From positions 1 to 38,781 of the forward strand of contig JAYTOU010000082.1 of assembly GCA_043747615.1 (NCBI GenBank): a stretch of DNA of 38,781 nucleotides, in the 5' to 3' direction. The position numbers were made by a program, and so were the translations under genes. Below are positions 19,595-30,215 of this stretch, in pieces (within the stretch, counting starts at the first letter, position 1; each line of letters begins with the position of its first letter). The stretch is from Myxococcales bacterium. Lineage in GTDB: Bacteria; Myxococcota_A; Polyangia; Polyangiales; Polyangiaceae. The notes beneath the pieces are model-generated. The model was not told the origin of the DNA. It saw only the letters and a list, made by a program, of their open reading frames with translations, and made no database searches.

Positions 19595-20500
19595 TTAGGC
19601 ACGCTGGCGGACCATTTTTCGAGGGACGGCTCCGGACTTCATCAAGAGCGCCTTTGCTTCGCGCTCGAGTAGCGGGTGAATTTTCTTGGCGCCGACGAAC
19701 ATGGCGAGGAGCTGCGGGCTCGTCTCCGCGAGCTTCTTGAGAGCGCGCGCACAGCCCTTCATGTCGCTCACGCCGGCGTAGGCGAACGCCCGCGAACGCC
19801 ACATTTGCACGCGAATTTCCGCGAGATCGTCCGCGTCGGGGTTGAAGAGCTCGAGCGTCTCCACTGCTTTTTTGGCATTGCCGGTGCGCGCCCAGGCCTC
19901 GCTCGCCACGGCCGCAAACATCGCCCGCGTCTTCGGCTCTTGCTGCTTTCCGAGCTCGAGCTTGTCGGCGAGCGCCCGGGCTTCCGCCGTCTCTCCGAGG
20001 GTCAGGTGAATCATCGCCCGCATCGAGCGCACCTGGTCTGCGATCGGAGAGAGCACCTTCTCGAGGCTCACTGTCTCGAGGGTGGCCAGCGCCTTGCGCG
20101 GATCGTCCTGCATCTCGAGCTGGGCGCGCGCGAGGATGGCCTGGGTGTCCCCTTTTTTATAGCCGTCTTCAAGCTTCTTCAAGGCGCCCTTGCGCCCCTC
20201 GGCGGTGTCCGCGCCGCGCAGGATGTCGCCGAGCGCCTGGGTCTTCTGGACGTATTTGACGAACCAGATGGAGCCGCCAATGGCGACGAGCGTGAGCCCG
20301 CCGACGACCGCCTTGGGGATCCAGGTGGGGATGAAAAGCGCCGCGACCCACAGGGCGAGCAGGACCCCTCCCACGCGAACGAAGATTTTCTTGTAGTCGA
20401 TCGGCCGCTGCGGGGCGTCCGCTCCTTTGGTCAGACCGCGCAGCTCCGCCTGCATTTCTGCCGCGTTTTTTCGCTTCTTCGACTTTTTATCTTCCACCAC
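19595..20500 (-). CDS. Hypothetical membrane protein with TPR-like helical repeats
   Basis: Basic N-terminus, two TM helices, then repeats such as ILARAQLEM...ALATLE, RAMIHLTLGETAEAR and EAWARTGNAKKAVE. Confidence 0.7.
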   Translation of the reverse strand: MVEDKKSKKRKNAAEMQAELRGLTKGADAPQRPIDYKKIFVRVGGVLLALWVAALFIPTWIPKAVVGGLTLVAIGGSIWFVKYVQKTQALGDILRGADTAEGRKGALKKLEDGYKKGDTQAILARAQLEMQDDPRKALATLETVSLEKVLSPIADQVRSMRAMIHLTLGETAEARALADKLELGKQQEPKTRAMFAAVASEAWARTGNAKKAVETLELFNPDADDLAEIRVQMWRSRAFAYAGVSDMKGCARALKKLAETSPQLLAMFVGAKKIHPLLEREAKALLMKSGAVPRKMVRQRA

Positions 20501-20552
20501 CCGACGGCTCTACCCCGGGGGCGGGCTTTGCGCAAACACGTAAGGGCGCACC

Positions 20553-21845
20553 TCAGGCCGGGGCCGACGGCGGAACCGACGCGCTCGGCTCACGCGCGAA
20601 CTCTGGATCCGACTCCTGGACGATCTGCCGAAGATGAATGAAGACGCTCTGGGCGACCGACATGCACGGCACGGCCAGGAGCGCGCCTGGGATCCCGAAG
20701 AAGTGCTCGCCGACGAGAAGGGAGAAGATGACGAGGATCGGGTGAATCTTGGCGGCGTCACCCATGATCTTCGGGTTGAGGACGTTCGCCTCGAGCTGAT
20801 GGATTCCGATGATCCAGAAGAGGACGAAGAAGCCGGTGCCGAGCGATTGGGTGAGACCGAGCGCCACCGCGGGGACGGCGCTGGCGATGGACCCGAAAAT
20901 CGGTACGAGCGAGAAGAGCGTGGCGATGATGGCGAGCACCGGCCAGTATTTTAGCCCGACGCTGGCAAAGCCAATGGCGCTGAGCACGCCGTTGATGAGG
21001 CAAATGATGATCTGCCCGCGCACCACGCCGGCTAGGCCGCGATCGACGCGCCACAAGAGTCGGTTGAAATCGGCCCGTGCGGAGGGACGCACGAGCGACC
21101 GCAAGAAATTCAAGATGCGCTCGCGGGTGAGCATCAAGTACGCGGCGATCATCAAGGTGAGGCCGAAGACGAAGAAGAAACGGCTCACCCCGGCGATGAT
21201 CCCGGTGCCGATGCGTGCGAGCTCGAGGGCATTTTGCTGCGCGTACGACACGCTCGATTGGACCGACTCGGCGATGAAGCGGTTGGGATCGAAGCGCTCG
21301 TTGTGCTCGCGGGGTTTGTCGACGAGGTAGCCGCCGTCGCGCGTGTGGTGTACCGCGATGCCGCTCCCCACCTCGACGGCGAAGCTGCCGTCTGCGTTTG
21401 GGCGAACGACGAGCGCAGGCTCCGGAGGGCCGGGCTCGGGGGGAGGCGGCGCGGGCGCGATGCCGGTCACGTCGAAGACCCGCCGCTGGATCGCCGGGAT
21501 CCACGTCTTGTTGATGTTCTGCGAGAGCATCGGGACTTCGCGGGCGAAGGTTTGGAGCTCGTGGCCGATGCGTGGCGAGATGAAGCGGATGAACGTGCCC
21601 AGAGTGCCGAGGACGAGCACGTAGACCACAAGCACGGCGACGCCGCGCCCCACTTTTTTTCGCTGCACCCACGTGACGAGGGGCATGAGCACGTAGGCGA
21701 TGAGAAGCCCCAGGACGAGCGGCAGCATCACCTCGTGCGCGACGACGACGACGGTGACCGCGATGGCCGCGCTCGCGCCAAGAAAAAACGGCCGCTGCCA
21801 ACGCCTGCTGCGGTCCTCGCCAATCTCGATGCTCACCTCGTCCAT
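20553..21845 (-). CDS. AI-2E family transporter
   Basis: LIAYVLMPLV, VVRGQ, LVPIFGS, IHQLEANVLNPKIMG, IHP and GIPGALLAVP. Confidence 0.9.
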   Translation of the reverse strand: MDEVSIEIGEDRSRRWQRPFFLGASAAIAVTVVVVAHEVMLPLVLGLLIAYVLMPLVTWVQRKKVGRGVAVLVVYVLVLGTLGTFIRFISPRIGHELQTFAREVPMLSQNINKTWIPAIQRRVFDVTGIAPAPPPPEPGPPEPALVVRPNADGSFAVEVGSGIAVHHTRDGGYLVDKPREHNERFDPNRFIAESVQSSVSYAQQNALELARIGTGIIAGVSRFFFVFGLTLMIAAYLMLTRERILNFLRSLVRPSARADFNRLLWRVDRGLAGVVRGQIIICLINGVLSAIGFASVGLKYWPVLAIIATLFSLVPIFGSIASAVPAVALGLTQSLGTGFFVLFWIIGIHQLEANVLNPKIMGDAAKIHPILVIFSLLVGEHFFGIPGALLAVPCMSVAQSVFIHLRQIVQESDPEFAREPSASVPPSAPA

Positions 21846-21907
21846 TGGGCGCGGAAGATAGCACCGGTAGAAAAATATTTAGGAAGGTCGTTCCGCGGGC
21901 AACGCAC

Positions 21908-21948
21908 AAAAGAAAACGGCGGCACCCTCCGCTTGGAGAGCACCGCCG
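21908..21948 (-). terminator. Rho-independent terminator of rpsA
   Basis: Minus strand CGGCGGTGCTCTCC-AAGC-GGAGGGTGCCGCCG forms a 14-bp stem with G-U pairs, followed by TTTTCTTTT, about 25 nt after the rpsA stop. Confidence 0.88.
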
Positions 21949-21972
21949 CTCGCTCAGGCTAGCTCCAGACGA

Positions 21973-23823
<1,851 letters not shown>

Positions 23824-23935
23824 AGGTTGTTGGAGAGCCTTGCTTGCTTCGGTGTGAGGGTAATTTTTCCCGCGCCAACAGAGGAATTTCCGGTGATTTG
23901 GGAGGCGGGGTAAGTAGCTCGCATGCCCGATGCTG

Positions 23936-24898
23936 TCAAAGCGCAGCGTCGTCGGCGTCCGCAAATCTCCGAAGAAGTGCGGGGGGTAGCTTGGCCCGGA
24001 GCTCGATGGTGCTTCTAAAGCGCTTGATTTCAGCCATTTTCATGAAGTCGAGACGCGGGGCCATCTTCTCGGCGAGGGCGTTGATCACCTCCCGTCCGCG
24101 AGCCTCCGCGCGGGTCGCGGCGCGATCGTCGGCATAGGTGAATGTGGCGAGGACTTGCCCTTCACCGCCCGCGGTGAGAGCAACGGTCACGCCGAGGAGG
24201 CGATCGGAGATGGGGGCGAGAGCGTGCTGCGTGCGCGCGCGAATGAGCTCCAAGATTTCCCCGCGGAGGTGAACCACGATCGGCGGCCGCGCGTCCGGAA
24301 GGTACGGACGGACGACAGAGGCGTGAGACAGCGCGGCCGCGACGCGAAAGGCGCCTTCGCCGACGCCGATGACCCAGGTGCGACCGGGAAGGACGAAGAG
24401 GCGGGCTCGCGCGTCCGGCTCTTTCGGCAAAAATTCCAGCACGTGCGAGGTCCGTTCGTCGGCGCGCGCGCTTCCGTCGTGAAGCTCGCGCCAAAGCGGG
24501 CGACCGTCGGTGTCGACGAGCTTCGCCGGATCGATCTCCGAGGGGACGCCGCCGACGACGATCACCGCGTCCGCCGCGCGCGCGTCTCGCACGGCTACGA
24601 CCACGTCGTCCGCGCCTTCGAAGGCTTCGAGCGTGGTGCTTCCGACGAGCGCGCGGACCCGCGTTGCCGCCAGCTGGCTTGCGCGGCGGAAGATGGGACC
24701 GTACGTGGGATCGACTGCGAGCGCGTGCGGTCGGAGGGTCACCACGAAATCGTGCGTTTCGTCGATCGACGCTTCGTACCAGCCGAGATCCTGCTTTGCG
24801 GCGGTAGCGGGCGCGGCCGCGGCGTCGGTCGTTGCAGCGCACCCCGAGCAACCGATGTGGAGCGCAAGGCCCAGGAAAACGAGGAGCGCGCGTCTCAC
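23936..24898 (-). CDS. Hypothetical lipoprotein (LP2)
   Basis: Signal peptide MRRALLVFLGLALHIGC/SGC. GTGA overlap with the cmk stop. Confidence 0.7.
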   Translation of the reverse strand: MRRALLVFLGLALHIGCSGCAATTDAAAAPATAAKQDLGWYEASIDETHDFVVTLRPHALAVDPTYGPIFRRASQLAATRVRALVGSTTLEAFEGADDVVVAVRDARAADAVIVVGGVPSEIDPAKLVDTDGRPLWRELHDGSARADERTSHVLEFLPKEPDARARLFVLPGRTWVIGVGEGAFRVAAALSHASVVRPYLPDARPPIVVHLRGEILELIRARTQHALAPISDRLLGVTVALTAGGEGQVLATFTYADDRAATRAEARGREVINALAEKMAPRLDFMKMAEIKRFRSTIELRAKLPPALLRRFADADDAAL

Positions 24899-25599
24899 GG
24901 GTGAGCGGATGCGGCGCTCCGGACGTGCCTGGCGATCATGGACACGGTCTCGTCGAACGAAAGGTGCGAAGAGTCGATGAGGATGGCGTCGTCCGCCCGA
25001 CGCAAGGGCGCGTTGGCGCGGCCGGTGTCCTGCGCGTCGCGACGAAGAACGTCCTCGAGGGTGGCCTCGAAGGTGACGGTCTGGCCTTTCGCGGTGAGCT
25101 CTTCGAAGCGGCGGCGCGCGCGAATGTCTGCGTCGGCGGTCAGAAAAAATTTCAGCTCGGCGTCTGGAAAAACGACGGTGCCGATGTCGCGTCCTTCGAG
25201 GACGACGCCGCCTGCGCGGCCTGCTTGGCGTTGGATGTCGAGGAGGGCGGTGCGCACTTCGGCGTGGGCGGATACGTCGCTCGCGCCCATGCCCATCTCG
25301 GGCGCGCGGATCGCTTCCGACACGTCTTCGCCGCCGAGCTTCACGCGGAGGCCGCGCGCGGGGTCGCGCTCGAAAGCAATTTCGACGCGGGCGACGAGCC
25401 CGTTTGCGAGCACTCCGAGAGCGGGGCCATCAGACCAGGAGACCGAGGCGCGCTGCGCGGCGAGCGCAACCACGCGGTACATGGCCCCGGTGTCGACCAG
25501 GACGAAATCGAGCTCGTCGGCCAGCCTGCGCGCGACGGTGCTCTTGCCCGCGCCTGCGGGGCCATCGATGGCTACGATCGGACGGGGGCGCACGCTCAC
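24895..25599 (-). CDS. cmk: Cytidylate kinase
   Basis: AIDGPAGAGKST, DTGAMYR, EGRDIGTVVFPDA and RRDAQD are all canonical. Confidence 0.96.
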   Translation of the reverse strand: MSVRPRPIVAIDGPAGAGKSTVARRLADELDFVLVDTGAMYRVVALAAQRASVSWSDGPALGVLANGLVARVEIAFERDPARGLRVKLGGEDVSEAIRAPEMGMGASDVSAHAEVRTALLDIQRQAGRAGGVVLEGRDIGTVVFPDAELKFFLTADADIRARRRFEELTAKGQTVTFEATLEDVLRRDAQDTGRANAPLRRADDAILIDSSHLSFDETVSMIARHVRSAASAHP

Positions 25600-25649
25600 G
25601 ATGCGTTCGCGTCTACCTCATTTTCAGAGGCGGCGCGAGCCGGGCAAGC

Positions 25650-26984
25650 TCAGGCGACGTCGATGCGGGCCCCGAGCGCACGCATGGTGCCCACGAACTT
25701 CGGAAAGCTCGTGGTGATGCAGTCGACGTCGCGCACGCGGGTGGGCCCGGTCGCCGCGAGCCCCAAGACCACCGCGGTCATCGCAATGCTGCGGTCGCCG
25801 CGACTGTCGACGTCCGCTGCGTCGAGCGGACCGCTCTTGCCTTCGATGACAAGACTCCCAGCGCGCTCGTCGACCTTGACGCCGAAAGCCCGCAGCACGC
25901 CCGCCATCGTGGACAAGCGATCGCCAAGCTCCTCGACGTCGCTAATCACGGTCGTGCCTGTGGCGCGTGCCGCGAGAGCGCAGGCAATGAGGATTTCGTC
26001 CATCGCTCGACCGACCAGCTCGCCGCCGATTTTTATGGCGCGGAGGGGCGCGAACCAGGCGTTGATCTCGGCGATCGGTTCGCCGCCCCTCACGCTCGAA
26101 GGTTCGACCCTCAGTCCCGCGCCCATGTCCCGGGCGATCTCGAGGAGACCGCTGCGCGTCGGATTCACGCCAACCCCGCGGGTCGTCACACGGGATCCTT
26201 CGACGAGCTGTGCGGCAACGAGGAGGAACGCGGCGGTCGAGAGATCGCCGGGAATTTCCAGCTCGAACGGTGCCATCTGCCCGCCCCAGCGTGCCGGGTC
26301 GAGCTCCACCACAGAGCCCATCGTCTGGATGGGAACGCCGAGAGAGTGCAGGAAGCGTTCGGTGTGATCGGGCGACACCGTCGGCTCCTTGAAATAGGTG
26401 GGACCATGCGCGTAGAGGCCGGAGAGGAGGATCGCGCTCTTCACTTGGTCGCTCGATACGGGGCTCTCGTACTGCAGCGCGCCGAGGTACGTCCCTTCGT
26501 CGAGGCCCGAGATGACCAGCGGCGCGGTGATGTCTTGCGCGCGCAGAGGATCAGGCTGCCCTTCGATCCGCGCACCCCTCGCCCGGAGCGGAGCGATCAC
26601 CTGCATCATCGGACGTCGCGAAAGGGCGGCGGCGCCGATGAGCGTCGCTGCGAAGGGCTGGGCCGCGAGCACACCGGTGAGAAGACTCATGGTCGTCACG
26701 GAATGTCCGCAGTCGAGCGACTGGCGTGGGGCGCGCAATCCAAAGATGCCGACGCCCTTCACGTCGAGCGTGTCCTTGCCCGTCTTTTCGACCACCACGC
26801 CCATCGCGCGAAGAGCATCCGCTGTGGCTACGGTGTCCGCGGCCCACGAAAATCCGCTGAGCTTGCTCGTTCCGGTGCAGAGCGCGGAAAAAACGAGAGC
26901 GCGATGCCCTACGCTTTGGTCGGACGGAACGGGCACGCTGCCTTCGAGCGGTCGCGAGGCGGGATGAACGACGAGATCAGTCAC
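25650..26984 (-). CDS. aroA: EPSP synthase (class II AroA) homologue with a degenerate active site
   Basis: Overall AroA layout (HRA, DCG, RRPM, QVKSAILL, DHTER, IPGDLS, NPTRSG, DE, SFP), but several catalytic residues are replaced. GTG start at 26984. Confidence 0.9.
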   Translation of the reverse strand: MTDLVVHPASRPLEGSVPVPSDQSVGHRALVFSALCTGTSKLSGFSWAADTVATADALRAMGVVVEKTGKDTLDVKGVGIFGLRAPRQSLDCGHSVTTMSLLTGVLAAQPFAATLIGAAALSRRPMMQVIAPLRARGARIEGQPDPLRAQDITAPLVISGLDEGTYLGALQYESPVSSDQVKSAILLSGLYAHGPTYFKEPTVSPDHTERFLHSLGVPIQTMGSVVELDPARWGGQMAPFELEIPGDLSTAAFLLVAAQLVEGSRVTTRGVGVNPTRSGLLEIARDMGAGLRVEPSSVRGGEPIAEINAWFAPLRAIKIGGELVGRAMDEILIACALAARATGTTVISDVEELGDRLSTMAGVLRAFGVKVDERAGSLVIEGKSGPLDAADVDSRGDRSIAMTAVVLGLAATGPTRVRDVDCITTSFPKFVGTMRALGARIDVA

Positions 26985-27282
26985 CTGTCCAGGATGCCAC
27001 CATAAGGAGGATCGTCGCGAGCCCCGTCGACGCAGAGATCGCGTAAAGGCCGAGGGTGCGTGCTTTTGATCTGCCGCCGTGCCGGACGAGCGACCAGCCA
27101 AAGACGCCGCTTGCAAGACCAAACAAGGCGAGCAAAGCGAACGCAGCCTGGATGATTCGGAAGCCGTTTCCCGAGATCACCCGCCACGCAAACATCGAAA
27201 AGAATGCGATGTGCGCTACGCCATCCGCGGTCGCGAGCGCCTGCGCTGCCCTCTGCAAAGCCCCGCCCGTTTTTCCTGCCAT
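26977..27282 (-). CDS. Small membrane protein (about 3 TM helices)
   Basis: Strong RBS (AAGGAGGAGG) before the ATG, three hydrophobic segments, and a stop overlapping the aroA start. Confidence 0.72.
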   Translation of the reverse strand: MAGKTGGALQRAAQALATADGVAHIAFFSMFAWRVISGNGFRIIQAAFALLALFGLASGVFGWSLVRHGGRSKARTLGLYAISASTGLATILLMVASWTGD

Positions 27283-27363
27283 TGTGCGCCTCCTCCTTCT
27301 ACCTCTTCCTAAGCTGCGGCCAGGTCGGGCTCGGCGCCAGGCCCTTCATCCTTCTTCACAAGG

Positions 27364-28353
27364 TCAGCCGCCGCTCCACTTGGGGATGTTGCCGAGGAGC
27401 GCCCGCATCGCTTGATCGTCCAGCGCGAACTTGCACTCTACATTCGACGCCGCGACCTTGATATCGAGGCTCTGCAGCTTCGGAACGATGCCGAGGAGCG
27501 CGAGGAAGCTCGCCTTGTTGATGATGTCCTTCAGTCCGTCGGCACCGGCCTGTGCTTCATCGGCTTGTCCGTAGGTCAGGCTTCCCGCGATGTGCATGCC
27601 GGGCTCTTCGAAGTTGCCTAGAATGCGCGCCGCGCGGAGCCCCTTCAACCAGGGAAGCGGCACGGCACCGAGCGCAGCGGCTGCCGCGGGCTGACCGATG
27701 AAATCCATGGCCACTGCCGTGGCCGCTCCCTTGGTCTCGACGGTCTCGAGCATCCACGGAGTGATCGAGCGTGTGGCCCGGCCGTCCTTGATGCGATCGA
27801 GGGCGCGGCGAATTCCGGCTTCCGTTCCGGCGAGCGCGGTGTGCGACGTGAGGACCGTGAAGCCGACGTTGTTGACGGTGTAGAGCGTGCGCCCGCCGTA
27901 CGTCGATTCGACGAGAAGACCGCCAGCCTTGGTCGGCGTGTGATTCTTCGCGACCTGGGCGATCTTCTGCTCGTCGAATTTGCCAGACACGACCGCGCAC
28001 GCGTCGGCGCCCTGAGTCGAGTACGTGGCCACCGTCACCCGGTCGACGTCGCGCGAAGCTGCGAAACCGGCTTCTTCGCCGAGCGGAATGAATCTCTCAC
28101 TCAGCTGCGCGATCTGGGGGCCGAGGGATTTGCTGCCGTAGAACGCGCGCGCATCGACGGTCCCCACACCAAGCGCCTGGCCAGGAAGAAGGGCGAGCGG
28201 ATCGGCATCGATCTGCGCGGGCGTCAGCTCTCCCGCGACGTGCGCGGTGACGGTGCCCTTGTTTCCGCCACCACAGGCGACCGCGGTGCAGAGGAAGAAC
28301 AGCACGCCGAAGCGGCGAGCGAGGTAGGTACGTTTTGCGAGATCTCGTTTCAT
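27364..28353 (-). CDS. Hypothetical lipoprotein (LP1)
   Basis: Basic N-terminus and hydrophobic stretch with lipobox AVAC|GGG; 329 aa. Confidence 0.78.
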   Translation of the reverse strand: MKRDLAKRTYLARRFGVLFFLCTAVACGGGNKGTVTAHVAGELTPAQIDADPLALLPGQALGVGTVDARAFYGSKSLGPQIAQLSERFIPLGEEAGFAASRDVDRVTVATYSTQGADACAVVSGKFDEQKIAQVAKNHTPTKAGGLLVESTYGGRTLYTVNNVGFTVLTSHTALAGTEAGIRRALDRIKDGRATRSITPWMLETVETKGAATAVAMDFIGQPAAAAALGAVPLPWLKGLRAARILGNFEEPGMHIAGSLTYGQADEAQAGADGLKDIINKASFLALLGIVPKLQSLDIKVAASNVECKFALDDQAMRALLGNIPKWSGG

Positions 28354-28461
28354 CGTGAGATCAATCGTACCTCGAAATCGACCTTGTCCGGGAGTCTAGG
28401 TCGCCTAGTCCGACCATCGGGAGGATGTGGGCTGTCCCACAATATCGATCAGGGGCAGCCC

Positions 28462-29538
28462 CTACCCTCTGCCTTCGGCGGGATAGGACCCGAGCACCTT
28501 AAAACTGCGCGACACGCGCTTTACTTCTTCGAACGCCGTAACCAGCGAGCGATCGGTGGCGTGGCCGGTAATCTCGATGAAAAATACGTAAGACCACGTC
28601 GTGCCCGGCGCCGGATGCGACTGGATCTTGATGAGGTTGATCCCTCGCTCCGAGAATTGACGAAGGACATCGAGGAGAGCGCCCGGTGCGTCTTGAACGC
28701 TGAAAGCGAAGGCCGTGATGTCGTCCCCCGTGCGGCCTGTTGGGCGTGCGCCGACGATGGCGTATCGAATGAGATCGCTCCCTTCGTCGACGTTGCGCCG
28801 AGCGACGTTGAGCCCGAGGGTCGTGCCGAACTCTTCGGACGTGAGCGCGGCCGCGCCGTGATCTTCGAGGGCTACTTGACAGGCGAAATGCGGGGATTTC
28901 ACGTCGAGGACCGAGACCCGACTTGGATGTGCGGCCAAGAAGTTTTGGCAGAGCGTGTGATCGGACGCCGTCGCGTAGATCTTCTCGATGTCGGCGGGAT
29001 TCCCGGTGCGGTTCATCAGGTGCAGCGTCGATGAGGACTCGATGGCCGCGACGATTTTCAGATCGGTCGCGGTGAGCGCAAGGATGGTGGACTGCACCGG
29101 ACCGTCCACTTTCGTCTCCAGCGGCACGACGGCAAATTCCGCGCGATGATTGGCAACGGCCTCGAGAGCGGCGGCAACAGATTCTTTCGGTACGAATTCG
29201 GCGTTGGTGCCAAACCGGGTTCGCGCCGCGACGTGTGCCGCACCCCCTGCCGGCCCGACGTAGGTGATCTTCACGGGCAGCTCGAGGGCGAGGCAGCTCG
29301 CGAAAATCTCTCGAAAGATCCCGCGCAGATCTTCGGACGGCATCTCTCCGCTGGCCCTGGCGACGAGCGCGTGGAACGTCCGCAGATCAGTTAACGCGAG
29401 CTGCGTCGGGTCGTCCTTCCGCAGCTCGCCAATTTGCCGTGAGATCCGCGCGCGTTTCTCGAGCGCGGAAAGAAGCTGGGCGTCGATTTTGGCCGTCTCT
29501 TGACGGAGCTCATCTATTTGCCGCCGCTTGTCGGTCAT
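28462..29538 (-). CDS. pheA: Chorismate mutase/prephenate dehydratase/ACT (P-protein) homologue with degenerate catalytic motifs
   Basis: AroQ-like N-terminus (LRQ..AKIDAQLL..LEKRA, IFREI.ASCLALE), PDT scaffold (YVGP, VVPLE) and ACT domain (PGALLDVL, GINL.KI, YVFFIE). ATG start at 29538. Confidence 0.88.
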   Translation of the reverse strand: MTDKRRQIDELRQETAKIDAQLLSALEKRARISRQIGELRKDDPTQLALTDLRTFHALVARASGEMPSEDLRGIFREIFASCLALELPVKITYVGPAGGAAHVAARTRFGTNAEFVPKESVAAALEAVANHRAEFAVVPLETKVDGPVQSTILALTATDLKIVAAIESSSTLHLMNRTGNPADIEKIYATASDHTLCQNFLAAHPSRVSVLDVKSPHFACQVALEDHGAAALTSEEFGTTLGLNVARRNVDEGSDLIRYAIVGARPTGRTGDDITAFAFSVQDAPGALLDVLRQFSERGINLIKIQSHPAPGTTWSYVFFIEITGHATDRSLVTAFEEVKRVSRSFKVLGSYPAEGRG

Positions 29539-29651
29539 GCTCTTCGAAGAGTACTCACGGCCGCGCACCCTGTCACCGCGAACCGGTCCGCCACGGCCTG
29601 TGACAGACCTTCGCCTTGTATGCGCGCGCTTATCGTCGCACGCTTCAGGTC

Positions 29652-30197
29652 GTGGAGATCTCGCGCGGCGAGCTTGAGGAGTTACGTGCAAAGTACATGA
29701 CGATGGTGCGTCTTCGCGAGGATAACGCCGGCAAGACGGGCGGCGATCCGCGGAGCACGTTGTCGGCGCTCGCAGCTCGATTTCCAGGAGCGCTTCGGGA
29801 GATCGACGAGCTGCCGATGGACGTCCTTTCGGCCCGGCTCAAGGCCTTGGCAGCGGCTGAAGAGGACCTTTCGCGTGTCGAGCGGTGGATGGCGGCGATG
29901 GCTGCATTTCACCGTCTGACGCGAGGCGCTTTGTCGGCGAAGCGTTGGCTCAACGGAAAGAAGGAAGTGGATGCCGGGCTCCGTGCGGCGTTTGCCGCGG
30001 CGACCGTCGCTTCCGAGATTCCCTACCCCGAGGATGCGCAGCGCTGGGCGGACGACCTGCACCGGATCGCGGCGCCGCCGGGCGGACGAATCACAATCCT
30101 CGTTTACGAGCGAATTGGGCTGTCGTTCGGAGTATCCGCCGCCGAGGCGAAGACGCTCGTCTTCGGACTCACACGCGCTCATCGTCCCGCGCGGTAG
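29652..30197 (+). CDS. Hypothetical helical protein
   Basis: Best ORF in the gap, with protein-like motifs (LAARFPGALREIDELP). The start is uncertain (TTG 29616, GTG 29652 or later). Confidence 0.6.
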   Translation: MEISRGELEELRAKYMTMVRLREDNAGKTGGDPRSTLSALAARFPGALREIDELPMDVLSARLKALAAAEEDLSRVERWMAAMAAFHRLTRGALSAKRWLNGKKEVDAGLRAAFAAATVASEIPYPEDAQRWADDLHRIAAPPGGRITILVYERIGLSFGVSAAEAKTLVFGLTRAHRPAR

Positions 30198-30215
30198 TCC
30201 GCGTGGGTCGAGGGT

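Noticed and set aside
24895..25599. Possibility that the whole operon, including cmk, is decaying
   Set aside because: The Cmk P-loop and NMP-binding motifs are canonical and rpsA is intact; degeneration is specific to pheA and aroA.
24832..27005. Long plus-strand ORFs (511 and 533 aa) opposite cmk/aroA, and similar antisense ORFs elsewhere
   Set aside because: Shadow ORFs expected in high-GC DNA, with no recognisable motifs and full overlap with well-supported genes.
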